Positions 1-9,196 of a stretch of DNA of 64,000 nucleotides are shown here, piece by piece. The position numbers and the translations under genes are program-made. Each line of letters begins with the position of its first letter. Positions within the stretch are counted from its first letter, which is position 1. The stretch covers positions 1,152,001 to 1,216,000 of the forward strand of contig OZ244239.1 of the NCBI GenBank assembly GCA_965217115.1, read 5' to 3'. The notes beneath the pieces are model-generated. The model was not told where the DNA came from. It searched no databases and saw only the letters and a list, made by a program, of their open reading frames with translations. This stretch comes from Bdellovibrionales bacterium (GTDB taxonomy: Bacteria > Bdellovibrionota > Bdellovibrionia > Bdellovibrionales > CAYMLA01).

Positions 1-149
1 CGACAGGTTCCACAAGATCCCATTCCCCCACAGCTTTGATTTATAGCTTTCTTTTCTCCATTAAGCCCCTCAAGAAGAGTTCCTTCTTTCAAAAAAACAG
101 TTTCATCAGTTTTTATAATTTTTACTTTAAATTTTTTATTTTTATCCAT
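1..149 (-). CDS. 2Fe-2S ferredoxin-like protein (5' part only; runs off window edge)
   Basis: Hand translation from ATG at 149: MDKNKKFKVKII...INQSCGGMGSCGTCR, containing the C-x5-C-x2-C 2Fe-2S motif. Not in the ORF track because it is truncated. Confidence 0.75.
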   Translation of the reverse strand, partial: MDKNKKFKVKIIKTDETVFLKEGTLLEGLNGEKKAINQSCGGMGSCGTC

Positions 150-244
150 GATTCATAGAATTATTCCATACAAACTGCGATTTTTAAGTCTCCATATCAT
201 CTTCTCCCTTGAAATATCGACATAAGTCCTGGTATCGTAGGCCC

Positions 245-856
245 ATGAATTTTATCGCTTTTGATTTAGAAACAACTGGGACTATGGCTTCTATTGACAG
301 CATCATTGAGATTGGAGCTGTTCGCTTCATCAATGGTAAACCATCAGATATTTTTTCAACACTCGTCGATCCTCAGCGTGACATTTCTCCTGCTGCTTCT
401 GCAGTTAACGGCATCACCAGAGACATGGTTCATGGGAAACCTCTTATTGAAAACCTGCTCTCTCCTTTTGCTGAATTTTGTGGGGACGATCCCATTGTTG
501 CCCACAATGCTCCTTTTGATGTGCAGTTCCTCTCAGCAGATATCAAAAAATTTGAATCGCCAGCACCTAAAGGTATTGTTCTCGATACTTTGCCCATCGC
601 ACGCAAAATATTCCCTGGTCTCGCCAACTACAAACTGGGTACTCTCGTACAACATCTAAACATCCCCGCTTCTAATTTTCACCGAGCCGAAGAAGACGCC
701 TCCTACTGTGGCTATTTATTTTGGAAAATGATTTTAAAAATTTCATCCACGGGTGATGTCCCCCTAGAAAACTTAATTGCCCTAACAGGAAAAAATAAAA
801 GCTATTTTCCACAAATTGAGAGACGGCACAAACAACTCTCCTTGCTCGATTTTTAA
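245..856 (+). CDS. 3'-5' exonuclease, DnaQ/DEDDh family
   Basis: ExoI DLETTG, ExoII HNAPFD and ExoIII HRAEEDA motifs. Start moved to ATG 245. Confidence 0.9.
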   Translation: MNFIAFDLETTGTMASIDSIIEIGAVRFINGKPSDIFSTLVDPQRDISPAASAVNGITRDMVHGKPLIENLLSPFAEFCGDDPIVAHNAPFDVQFLSADIKKFESPAPKGIVLDTLPIARKIFPGLANYKLGTLVQHLNIPASNFHRAEEDASYCGYLFWKMILKISSTGDVPLENLIALTGKNKSYFPQIERRHKQLSLLDF

Positions 857-878
857 TCCCATTTTTTTTAGTTAAAAA

Positions 879-2519
879 CTAACGCATCGCTAAGGGCATA
901 CGACGGCCCAAACCAAAACTATGTTTAGAAACTTTCAAAATCGGTGAAGCCTGCCAACGCTTAAATTCATTTTTAATAACCATGCCCTGAATTTTTTTTT
1001 CTATTTCTCCCCTAGCTCGACCACTCTTTGTTATCAATTTTTCCACAGCTTTATCCAGTTGGTCATAGTTGGGCAGCTCATCCTCATCCTTTTGATCAGG
1101 ACGAAGCTCTGCCGAAGGGGGACGCTCAATAATAAATTTAGGAATTAACCCCGTCGAAGATAAATCATCTCTGCTGCCTTGCCCATTATAATGTGCAGCT
1201 AATTCGTAAACTTGTTTTTTCAATAAATCCCCTATGGGAGCCAGACCTCCACACATATCACCATAAAGAGTGGTGTAACCCGTCGCATATTCACTTTTGT
1301 TACCTGTAGAAATTAATAAACTTCCCCTTTGATTTGAGAAGGCCATTAAAAAATTCCCACGAATACGAGCCTGCAAGTTTTCATGAACAAAACTAAACTC
1401 TTCCAAACTGATACTGTCTTTTAATGCCTCAACCATAATATCAAAAGTTTTCTGAATGGGTAACTCTAGCCACTCAACCCCAAGGGTTTCTGCTAATTCT
1501 TTAGCTGTCTGCAAACTCCTTGGGTCATTATAAGAGCTTGGCAGCCCCACTGCTGTCACAGATGAGGCCCCTAAAGCATCAACCAACAGGCAAAGAACTA
1601 CCGCCGAATCAACTCCCCCACTGAGCCCCAAATGGGCTTTGCTAAAACCACTTTTTTCAACGTAATCTCGTATCCCTAAAACAAGGGCTTGACGTCTTTT
1701 TTCAACATCTAGCTCAATCTCTGGACGGGACCCCCCATGACAACGGGGAAAATCAAACACTAAGATATCCTCTTCAAATCCACGGGCTTGAGCTAACTTA
1801 GCTCCATCGGCCCCCATAACAAAACTCGATCCATCAAAAATCAATTCATCCTGTCCACCAATAAGGTTTGCATAAATCAATGGTGCTTTAAAATAACGGG
1901 ATGTTTTTTCCGCCACACGCTCCCTCTCTCCCTGCTTTCCTATATAAAACGGTGATGCACTCAAATTCAAAATACAATCTACAGATTTTTTATCAATTCG
2001 ATTTAAGGGGTTTTCACCATAAATGCTCTTTCCCTCTTCATCAGGCCATGCCCAAATATCTTCACACACTGTTACAAGAAATTTGGATCCTTTAAAGCTA
2101 AGAATGTTCTTTTCTACTCTACCACTTTCAATGTACCGAGCTTCATCAAAAACATCATAACTAGGCAGAAGTTCCTTAGAAAAAATCTGTGCCTTTTTTC
2201 CTTTTTGTAAAAAAACTGCCGAATTAAAGAAAGGCTTGCCACCTTTTTTTTGATTAAAAGACAGTGCTCCTATCAATACCCCCATTCCTGTGGGGATTTT
2301 TTTATGAATTTGTTCTAAGCACTTCCACTGTCTCTCGACAACGTCAGGGATATCAAGTAAATCCATTGGGTGATACCCCAACAACGAACACTCTGGAAAA
2401 ATAACAAGCGAACAACGATGGTCATTCGCCTTAAATATCATCTCAAGAATTTTTTTTGAGTTCTTAGAACATTGACCCAGATGAGAGTTCATCTGAGCAA
2501 TAGCTATTTTCATCATCAT
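879..2519 (-). CDS. nadE: Glutamine-dependent NAD+ synthetase
   Basis: N-terminal nitrilase domain (FPEC, K, VCEDIW) plus synthetase domain (GLSGGVDS, ENLQARIRG, TGNKSE, PSAELRPDQKD). Confidence 0.95.
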   Translation of the reverse strand: MMMKIAIAQMNSHLGQCSKNSKKILEMIFKANDHRCSLVIFPECSLLGYHPMDLLDIPDVVERQWKCLEQIHKKIPTGMGVLIGALSFNQKKGGKPFFNSAVFLQKGKKAQIFSKELLPSYDVFDEARYIESGRVEKNILSFKGSKFLVTVCEDIWAWPDEEGKSIYGENPLNRIDKKSVDCILNLSASPFYIGKQGERERVAEKTSRYFKAPLIYANLIGGQDELIFDGSSFVMGADGAKLAQARGFEEDILVFDFPRCHGGSRPEIELDVEKRRQALVLGIRDYVEKSGFSKAHLGLSGGVDSAVVLCLLVDALGASSVTAVGLPSSYNDPRSLQTAKELAETLGVEWLELPIQKTFDIMVEALKDSISLEEFSFVHENLQARIRGNFLMAFSNQRGSLLISTGNKSEYATGYTTLYGDMCGGLAPIGDLLKKQVYELAAHYNGQGSRDDLSSTGLIPKFIIERPPSAELRPDQKDEDELPNYDQLDKAVEKLITKSGRARGEIEKKIQGMVIKNEFKRWQASPILKVSKHSFGLGRRMPLAMR

Positions 2520-2579
2520 CGCCTTTCTCACAGTGACAGCATGTTCCATGGAGAAACACTCCCTCCACAAAAAGAGACC

Positions 2580-2978
2580 TTAAACTGTGTTTTCTTTTTC
2601 TGTTCGATCCAGGCAAACACGATTACTAAAACCCTCTGAATATCCATGCCAGTGGTTTATCTTTCTTTCTGGATATTTCCAACAATAATATCCATTGCCA
2701 GAGTCTATATCAACAACCCACAAGCCCTGGGGGCGAAGCCCTAGCTTCTCCACCTTAGTTTGCCAAGACTGTATGATTTTGTTAATTTTTTCTTCAAGAA
2801 TCATCACTCTTGCTTCATTTTTTGGATCTATGCCATCAAGCTGATCAACCAGCTCTTGCACCTGACCACTGGCTTTTCTCGTCATACTATAGATAATCAA
2901 GAATAAGCCCTCTGCCTCAGAAATAGAAAAAATCTTTTTCTTAGGCCTCGAAATATCAATAACAGCGTCTAAGTTCAT
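2580..2978 (-). CDS. DUF2203-like protein
   Basis: FS-x-x-EA N-terminus, coiled coil, and GLWVVD...YYCWKYPE...WHGYSEGF pattern typical of DUF2203. Confidence 0.7.
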   Translation of the reverse strand: MNLDAVIDISRPKKKIFSISEAEGLFLIIYSMTRKASGQVQELVDQLDGIDPKNEARVMILEEKINKIIQSWQTKVEKLGLRPQGLWVVDIDSGNGYYCWKYPERKINHWHGYSEGFSNRVCLDRTEKENTV

Positions 2979-3201
2979 CCCCCCCCCTTTTTTTTCGCAA
3001 ACTCCTTACAGAGCCCTGCCTATCTACAGACACCCCAATCCCTCTTTAAGGTTAGCCTCTCAAAAGACGAACTAAGATGACAACTCAACTTCATGCTTAA
3101 ACCACAAAGAGTCAAAGTTTTCCCTCTTTCCATCAAGTTTGAATTTTTTTCTCTAAATACAGAGTTAGGAAAGAAACACTCTTAATTCTGGGCGCTCTGC
3201 G

Positions 3202-4077
3202 TCATTTCTCTGCCCCTTTGATGATGGATAGGGCTTGGTTTCCAACAAAGATAATCACTCCAAGGGCCACGACGATTATAATTAATAACTTGATCAGGTA
3301 TCCAAAGGAAAAGCCTTCCTCTTTCTCCTCTATTTTTTTCTCTTTTTTTGAAATATTCAATGGCACCCTCTTCGGCTTAGACCCGCTCTCTTCCTCTTCG
3401 GTTTGAGCGACAACTCTTTTCTCCTCCTCTTTTTTCTTCTTTTTCTGCTGATCAGAAAAAAACTCTCCTGCCATCGCTTTGATTCGGCGATGCTTTTTCC
3501 TCTGCACGAGAGATTGACCTGTATTGGCTGAAAAGAACTTATCCCCCCCTTCTCCTCCTCCTGCTTTAACTCTTTTGGCCTGACCATTCTTATTCCGTTC
3601 CGATGCTGAACCAGAGCCTCCATCATTAATACCCGAAATTCCGTTTGCGCCCCCGCCTCTTCCCGCCGTAACGCGACCAGATTTTCGCTGCCCCCGCCGA
3701 GAGCCCTGACTCGCTCCTGCTCCTGCTCCTGCTTTCCCGTCGCCCGCAGTGCCCTCCACTTCGGGCCTACCATTTGCCAGAGAAAACGGCTCGTATTCAA
3801 TATCACAAATAGCTTCTGCTCTTTGTTCGCTTCCTAAGTTAGGCAACTCACCTGTTTCAAGTAAACAAGAGACATAGCCACCCATATAGCTTTCAACAAA
3901 ATAACCAAATGCTCTGTTAAATTGAGAAATAACCCCTATGATAATAGAAACAACCACAATTAAAATTAAAAGATACTCAATAACACCCTGACCATCTTCA
4001 TTACGCACTCCCCTCAAACTAGACTTTAAAAAAAAACGTCCTCTGGAAAAAAATTTTTTTTGTGGTAAACTTATCAT
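3202..4077 (-). CDS. Flp/TadE-type pilin-like protein with long Gly/Lys-rich linker and C-terminal transmembrane helix
   Basis: NEDG|QGVIEYLLILIVVV prepilin motif, low-complexity middle region, hydrophobic C-terminal helix. Confidence 0.65.
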   Translation of the reverse strand: MISLPQKKFFSRGRFFLKSSLRGVRNEDGQGVIEYLLILIVVVSIIIGVISQFNRAFGYFVESYMGGYVSCLLETGELPNLGSEQRAEAICDIEYEPFSLANGRPEVEGTAGDGKAGAGAGASQGSRRGQRKSGRVTAGRGGGANGISGINDGGSGSASERNKNGQAKRVKAGGGEGGDKFFSANTGQSLVQRKKHRRIKAMAGEFFSDQQKKKKKEEEKRVVAQTEEEESGSKPKRVPLNISKKEKKIEEKEEGFSFGYLIKLLIIIVVALGVIIFVGNQALSIIKGAEK

Positions 4078-4107
4078 AACATCATCCTAACACAGTGAGA
4101 CTCTATC

Positions 4108-5130
4108 TTGAAAAAAAACACTCTTCCCCTTCTTCTTTCCGTCCTTTTTTTTATCTTGCGATCACCTCAAAGCCTAGCCATAGAGCCAGATTCTCCCCAA
4201 CTCTCAACAAAATCTCAAGTGCAGCTCGCCTATAAATACGTTAAAAACAATCTTTCTCAACAGGCGATATCTCTATTAAAACCAAAACTAGGTACGCTGA
4301 AAAAAAAAGGGCTTCTTGTTCTAGCAAAAGCCTATCGAATGGAAAAAGATCACTCTCAAGAAATTAAGATTCTCAATCTACTCTTACTTAAACAACCGAA
4401 GAACGCCTCAATATTAACTCTCTTTGGCAATGCCCTCTTAAAGTCCAAAGACACTGATAGCGCCGTTCTCTACTACCGCAAAGCCATTAAAGCCAACCCA
4501 AAATACTCCAAAGCCTATTACAGTCTACTCAACGCCTTTGAGAGCTCTGTAAAGAAAAACCCCAGATTCCGCTATGAACAGAGGGAAATTCTATCTGATA
4601 TGATCAAAGTCTTCGGTCACAAACATCAATTCTATAGCAGGTTTTGTCGCCTTTACTCCAAAGACGGCTTTTTGGAAGAGACCGTCAAACATTGCAAAAT
4701 TGCCATCAAAAAAAACAACAAGCTTCCAGCTAATTATATTTTCTTAGGCACAGCTCTTTTAGAACTAGGTCAGACATCTAAAGGAGAGAAACAGATTTTT
4801 TCTGCAGCCAAGAGGTTTCCTCAATCCCCCTTTGCCCAAGAGGCTGCTGGGAAGAGGGCATTAACTAAAAATGATTACCCCTCAGCCAAAAAATATTACT
4901 CTCTTTGTATTAAGGCCTCTTCTTTAAAAAAAGAGAACTGCCTTCTTGGTTTGGCTGAAAGCTCCTATGAATTACGAGAATTTTTTCTCGCTCTTAAGTA
5001 TTACAAAGCCGCTTGCCAAGAAGAGAGGCTTTTTACAAAAAAATTTCGCCTAGCCACCGCCAATCTACGTTCAGCGGCACGACGGAAGTGGCATTTAAAA
5101 TTCTCTAATGGTCTTGACACTTGTCGTTAG
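4108..5130 (+). CDS. Exported tetratricopeptide-repeat protein
   Basis: Signal peptide; TPR-like repeats such as AVLYYRKAIKANPKYSKAYYSL. Confidence 0.8.
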   Translation: MKKNTLPLLLSVLFFILRSPQSLAIEPDSPQLSTKSQVQLAYKYVKNNLSQQAISLLKPKLGTLKKKGLLVLAKAYRMEKDHSQEIKILNLLLLKQPKNASILTLFGNALLKSKDTDSAVLYYRKAIKANPKYSKAYYSLLNAFESSVKKNPRFRYEQREILSDMIKVFGHKHQFYSRFCRLYSKDGFLEETVKHCKIAIKKNNKLPANYIFLGTALLELGQTSKGEKQIFSAAKRFPQSPFAQEAAGKRALTKNDYPSAKKYYSLCIKASSLKKENCLLGLAESSYELREFFLALKYYKAACQEERLFTKKFRLATANLRSAARRKWHLKFSNGLDTCR

Positions 5131-5190
5131 ATTTCAAGGAAAGGCCATGATGCAACGGAGGTGTGTGAAAAGACGCCTTTGCAAAACAGT

Positions 5191-5751
5191 TTAAGAAAAC
5201 CACCCTCTGAACTCTTCACTCGGCTCCAAGACAATCTGTACATCTACAACCTGAGATTTATAAGGTTCTCTCTCTCTTAATTCAGAACAGACTCCATCGA
5301 TTTTCACTCTCTTACCTGTTCCGACAACATAACTATAAGTCATCTGACTGCGAAGGCTTTTAATTTCTACAATCTCGCAGCCCCTCTCCTGTAAAACATC
5401 TCCCAGCTCTAAACTGTCTAAAGTTGATTTTGTTTCAACAATAATAAACGCCTCACTATCAACAAGATCATTCAATGAATAGAGGCTTTTTAATAGGTCC
5501 TCGCTCGGCTCTTCTAAAAATAAAATCCTCTGTTCTTTTTTGCCATTGTTAACTTCAATCACTGCCTTTTTGACCTCAAATAAATCCTGTGGCTTGCCCT
5601 GTAAAATAATCAAGAACAAACCATTGGGCTGGGGTGTTGCCTCAACAGTTTCAATTTCGATTCCTCGCTTTTTTACGAAGGAAGAAATCCTATTAAAAAC
5701 TCCATACCCTTGGCCTACGCCTTTTATCTCTAAGCCCAAAATCGATTTCAA
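5191..5751 (-). CDS. Divergent tandem-BMC-domain (PduT-like) protein
   Basis: Two repeats resembling BMC domains (ILGLEIKGVGQG...PNGLFLIILQG and AFIIVETKS...SYVVGTG); 186 aa is typical of BMC-T proteins. Confidence 0.45.
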   Translation of the reverse strand: MKSILGLEIKGVGQGYGVFNRISSFVKKRGIEIETVEATPQPNGLFLIILQGKPQDLFEVKKAVIEVNNGKKEQRILFLEEPSEDLLKSLYSLNDLVDSEAFIIVETKSTLDSLELGDVLQERGCEIVEIKSLRSQMTYSYVVGTGKRVKIDGVCSELREREPYKSQVVDVQIVLEPSEEFRGWFS

Positions 5752-5878
5752 AATTAGCTCCTTAGTCTTTTCCTTTTAGACCTATCTAAAGATAACTCTT
5801 AATGCAAACTTTTGGCTAGCATATTCATGTCTCATTTTGAGACAAAACTCTATTTCTTATAATTAAGAGAGTTCTCTC

Positions 5879-5905
5879 TTATGAATTTTTTATTTTTACC
5901 CGATA
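5879..5905 (+). promoter_or_regulatory. Putative sigma28/FliA-type promoter of the flp-tad operon
   Basis: TTATG-N16-CCGATA about 105 bp upstream of flp; resembles the sigma28 TAAA(G)...GCCGATAA consensus. Confidence 0.35.
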
Positions 5906-6010
5906 CCTTTAATAGACCGTAGGGAGAAGCGATCTCTCTACTTGTTTTCATAGAGACACAGGAAATATGGTGTCTCAATGAAACCACATAACTTTAAGGA
6001 GATCTGACAG

Positions 6011-6202
6011 ATGAATAAAACAAAAACATTTTTTAAAAATCTTTGGAAAGACGAATCCGCTCAAGGCGCCACTGAATACATTCTTCTTCTTGTTGTCGTC
6101 GTCGGGTTAGCTATGATTTTTAAAGAACAGATTAAAAGTGTTGTCGGTGACAAGGTCAGCGAAATCGGTAGTGCAATCCGTTCTTTTTCCACAGGTGGTT
6201 AA
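6011..6202 (+). CDS. flp: Flp family type IVb/c pilin
   Basis: DESAQGATEYILLL Flp motif; strong AAGGAG RBS; first gene of the tad operon. Confidence 0.9.
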   Translation: MNKTKTFFKNLWKDESAQGATEYILLLVVVVGLAMIFKEQIKSVVGDKVSEIGSAIRSFSTGG

Positions 6203-6208
6203 TCAAAG

Positions 6209-6400
6209 ATGACCACAGAATTCGTCCTGCTACTATCTCTATTTGCCACTGTCTTACTTGTGGCTCTAACAAGAGTCCCGCGGGAGACTTTTGTTAAATC
6301 AGGCCCGAAGCTGGCTGCTAGAATTGAAAGGCATCTTGCCACGGGTCGAGACTTTCGCCCAAAAGGAGAGGGTCCAACGCAATGGCTAAGGCCTAGGTAA
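6209..6400 (+). CDS. Second Flp-like small pilin
   Basis: MTTEFVLLLSLF hydrophobic pilin-like helix directly after flp. Confidence 0.6.
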   Translation: MTTEFVLLLSLFATVLLVALTRVPRETFVKSGPKLAARIERHLATGRDFRPKGEGPTQWLRPR

Positions 6401-6439
6401 CGCTAAAACGGTGCCTATTCGTTTGTTGGGGAACATCTT

Positions 6440-6964
6440 ATGTTGTGGACGGACTTTTTTACAAATCCTAAAAATCTTGTCGGTACGGGGCTTCTTCTAA
6501 TAGGAATTGCTGATGACCTTAGATCAAGAAAGTTTCACAACTGGCTTTTTTTAACGACCCTCTTTGTCTCCATAACAACTCTTCTTCTCGTTGAAGGCCT
6601 TAGTTCCCTCTGGGTTGGCCTTGCCGGGGCATCAGCCGCTTTTGTCTTCGCCCTTCCCTTAGTTATGACAAAAGCCATCGGAGCTGGAGACATGAAGCTC
6701 TTCGTTGCTCTCTGCTTCTTAACAACGTGGAGAGGTTCTCTGAATATTCTCATTCTCTCTGTCGTTTGGGGGGCGGCCCTCGGTGTTATACAGATTCTTC
6801 TTAGCAGACAACTTCCCTCTTTCACGTCTAACCTTCTGGGGATTGTCACTCGAAAATCCAAAGATCAAGAGCTAAAACTCCATCAAATTCCCTACACCAT
6901 CGCCTTGTTCCTCGGGTGGCTAAGCTATTACAGCCTTATTCCTCTTGGTTGGGAAATTTTATGA
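6440..6964 (+). CDS. cpaA: Prepilin peptidase, A24 family (CpaA/TadV)
   Basis: DDLRSRKFHN and IGAGDMKL aspartic peptidase motifs, IPYT near the C-terminus; tad context. Confidence 0.9.
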   Translation: MLWTDFFTNPKNLVGTGLLLIGIADDLRSRKFHNWLFLTTLFVSITTLLLVEGLSSLWVGLAGASAAFVFALPLVMTKAIGAGDMKLFVALCFLTTWRGSLNILILSVVWGAALGVIQILLSRQLPSFTSNLLGIVTRKSKDQELKLHQIPYTIALFLGWLSYYSLIPLGWEIL

Positions 6965-7218
6965 AAAATAAACTCAAAAATGAAAACGGCCAAATGGCCA
7001 TTGAAATGCTCCTTATCATGATTACTCTTTTTATTGCAATCACCTTTGTTTCTAAACAAATGAAAGACCAGGGGTTCCTCGCCTCCCTCGTTCAGTCCCC
7101 TTGGACTCAGTTAGCAGGCATGATTGAAAGTGGTTCATGGGCCAAAGCCGAAGACGCTCGCACACAACATCCCAATAATCAAAAACGCCATATTAGTTAT
7201 CGTGGAGACAATAGATAA
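6961..7218 (+). CDS. TadE-like pseudopilin
   Basis: NENG|QMAIEMLL motif; ATGA overlap with cpaA. Confidence 0.7.
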   Translation: MKNKLKNENGQMAIEMLLIMITLFIAITFVSKQMKDQGFLASLVQSPWTQLAGMIESGSWAKAEDARTQHPNNQKRHISYRGDNR

Positions 7219-7799
7219 TGATCAAAAATCAAAAAGGTCTTATTACTTTGGATTTTGTTTTTGCTCTCACTCTTGCAATGGGGTTTAGCGCTATTTTATT
7301 TGCCATGGCGTTCACTTTATCCGTCGTTGAAATCACCCAGTACATCACCTTTGCCTCCGCTCGAAGTTATTTTCTCGGACACACAAGTCAAGACAATCAA
7401 AGGGCTTTGGCTGAAAAAAAATATAATAACCTCGTTACTAACAATGTCCTTGGCAGTTTTTATCGCAATGGCTGGTTTGAGCTAAAAGGTCCAGATATTA
7501 ATGACTTCACCTCTGATTACACGAACTCTGACAAAGGGGCCCCTTTCATCGGAGTTCGAGTTCAGTTAAATGCAAAAATGCTCGCTTTTCGCATTCCACT
7601 TTACGGTTCGACAACCGAAGATGATGACGCCTTTAAAACAAACATCGGTAGCTTTCTCTCTCGAGAGCCAACCTCTGATGAGTGTTTAGTCTTTATGGAA
7701 AATCGTTTTAGAGCCATTAAACAAATAGACCCCTCACGCTTCAATTCAGCGACAAACATCTCAAGCCAAATCCCTATTATTACGGATAACGGGTGTTAA
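7218..7799 (+). CDS. TadE/TadF-like pseudopilin
   Basis: NQKG|LITLDFVFAL leader and ASARSY motif; operon position. Confidence 0.65.
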   Translation: MIKNQKGLITLDFVFALTLAMGFSAILFAMAFTLSVVEITQYITFASARSYFLGHTSQDNQRALAEKKYNNLVTNNVLGSFYRNGWFELKGPDINDFTSDYTNSDKGAPFIGVRVQLNAKMLAFRIPLYGSTTEDDDAFKTNIGSFLSREPTSDECLVFMENRFRAIKQIDPSRFNSATNISSQIPIITDNGC

Positions 7800-7800
7800 A

Positions 7801-8298
7801 ATGAATCTTCATACAAAAAAAAGACCCCTCTACAAGAGTGAACAGGGTATGGCGACCATCGAAACCATTCCATTGCTTATTATTTTTCTCATTCTTCTGA
7901 GCTATGCCATTGGCTATTTTGGCGCCATTCACACGGGAATACTCCACTCCATAGCAGCCCGTAACTACGCTTTTGAAACTTTTCGACACCGTCCCAATTT
8001 GACCTATTTTCGTGACAGACAAGAGCCTAGGTACCTTGGTTTCTACTATCAAGAAACACAGGTCCGATTCCACTCTATTAGCTCAGGAAGCGCTGACGAT
8101 CAATTTATGGCGACAGAACGTCCTATTTCCGTTGGACTGAACAGCTCAAATTCTGAAAAAATCGGACGAGATTCGCAGACACATAATAATCGTGTTCCCG
8201 CTATTGCAAGTAATCAAAGAAATGCCGATGAGTCTGTAAACCCCATCTGGGTCAAAACCAGCTATGGAATATGTATTAATGCTGCTTGTGGAGAGTAA
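7801..8298 (+). CDS. TadE-like pseudopilin
   Basis: SEQG|MATIETIPLL leader and AARNYA motif. Confidence 0.7.
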   Translation: MNLHTKKRPLYKSEQGMATIETIPLLIIFLILLSYAIGYFGAIHTGILHSIAARNYAFETFRHRPNLTYFRDRQEPRYLGFYYQETQVRFHSISSGSADDQFMATERPISVGLNSSNSEKIGRDSQTHNNRVPAIASNQRNADESVNPIWVKTSYGICINAACGE

Positions 8299-8300
8299 TT

Positions 8301-9191
8301 ATGAATCAAAATGAGACACGTACACTATGGATTTCTGTTGCCGCCGGCCTTTTTGCCGTTTTTCTTCTCTACAGCTACTCTCAAGAAAAAAAATCCGAAT
8401 ATGACAAAAAATACGGCTCACGCAAACGTGTTGTCGTCGCTAAAGTCGACATCGCCGCCATGCAAACCCTCGATGACACAATGCTAGACATTCTGGAAAA
8501 ACCCGTCGACTTTATCGAACCTGAGGCCATGACTGACCCCCAAATAGCCGTCGGTCAAGTCGCCGCCACAGCCATCAAAAAGGGCGAACAAGTTCTCTCC
8601 ACTAAACTTCTAATTCCAGGCCCTGACACAGGAATTGCCCTACAAATTGCCCCTAATCGTCGAGCTATCTCTATTCCCACCGACGAAATACGGGGAATTG
8701 GAAAACTCATACGTCCCGGTGATCGCATCGATATTATTGCCGCACTAGACGTTGGTAAGGGTGCCAACCAAAAAAGAGAAATTAAAACAATTCTGCAAAA
8801 AGTTCCTGTACTGGCCACTGGTGTTAACATCGTCAATAACATCCCTCGACTTCTCGATGTAGAAACAAATCCCAAGGACCCTGCATGGGTCAGACTCGCC
8901 AGCGACTCCGACTATTCAACCATCACTGTCGAAGTTAGCCCAGAAGATGCACAGAAATTAGTCTATATACTTTCAACGGCCCCTGGAAATTTATTTCTCT
9001 CTCTAAGAAACCCTAACGATATTACAAACAAACGAAACCTACGGGTAACAACAGTCGAAAGCGTACTGGGGAAAACCCAAATTTCACAAATTCGAAAAAC
9101 ATTTCGTAAACCCTCCTCTCGTCTGTCTCCAAAGATCAGCAAACCGAAAAAGAGAACAAAGAAAAGGAAAACACGTTTTATTCCCTTGTAA
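8301..9191 (+). CDS. cpaB: Flp pilus assembly protein CpaB/RcpC
   Basis: N-terminal TM, SAF domain (VVVAKVDI), RAISI...LIRPGDRIDI, TITVEVSPEDAQKL, LSLRNPND. Confidence 0.9.
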   Translation: MNQNETRTLWISVAAGLFAVFLLYSYSQEKKSEYDKKYGSRKRVVVAKVDIAAMQTLDDTMLDILEKPVDFIEPEAMTDPQIAVGQVAATAIKKGEQVLSTKLLIPGPDTGIALQIAPNRRAISIPTDEIRGIGKLIRPGDRIDIIAALDVGKGANQKREIKTILQKVPVLATGVNIVNNIPRLLDVETNPKDPAWVRLASDSDYSTITVEVSPEDAQKLVYILSTAPGNLFLSLRNPNDITNKRNLRVTTVESVLGKTQISQIRKTFRKPSSRLSPKISKPKKRTKKRKTRFIPL

Positions 9192-9196
9192 CCAAA

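Noticed and set aside
5918..6010. c-di-GMP riboswitch upstream of flp
   Set aside because: Lacks the conserved GEMM features; kept only as a generic structured leader.
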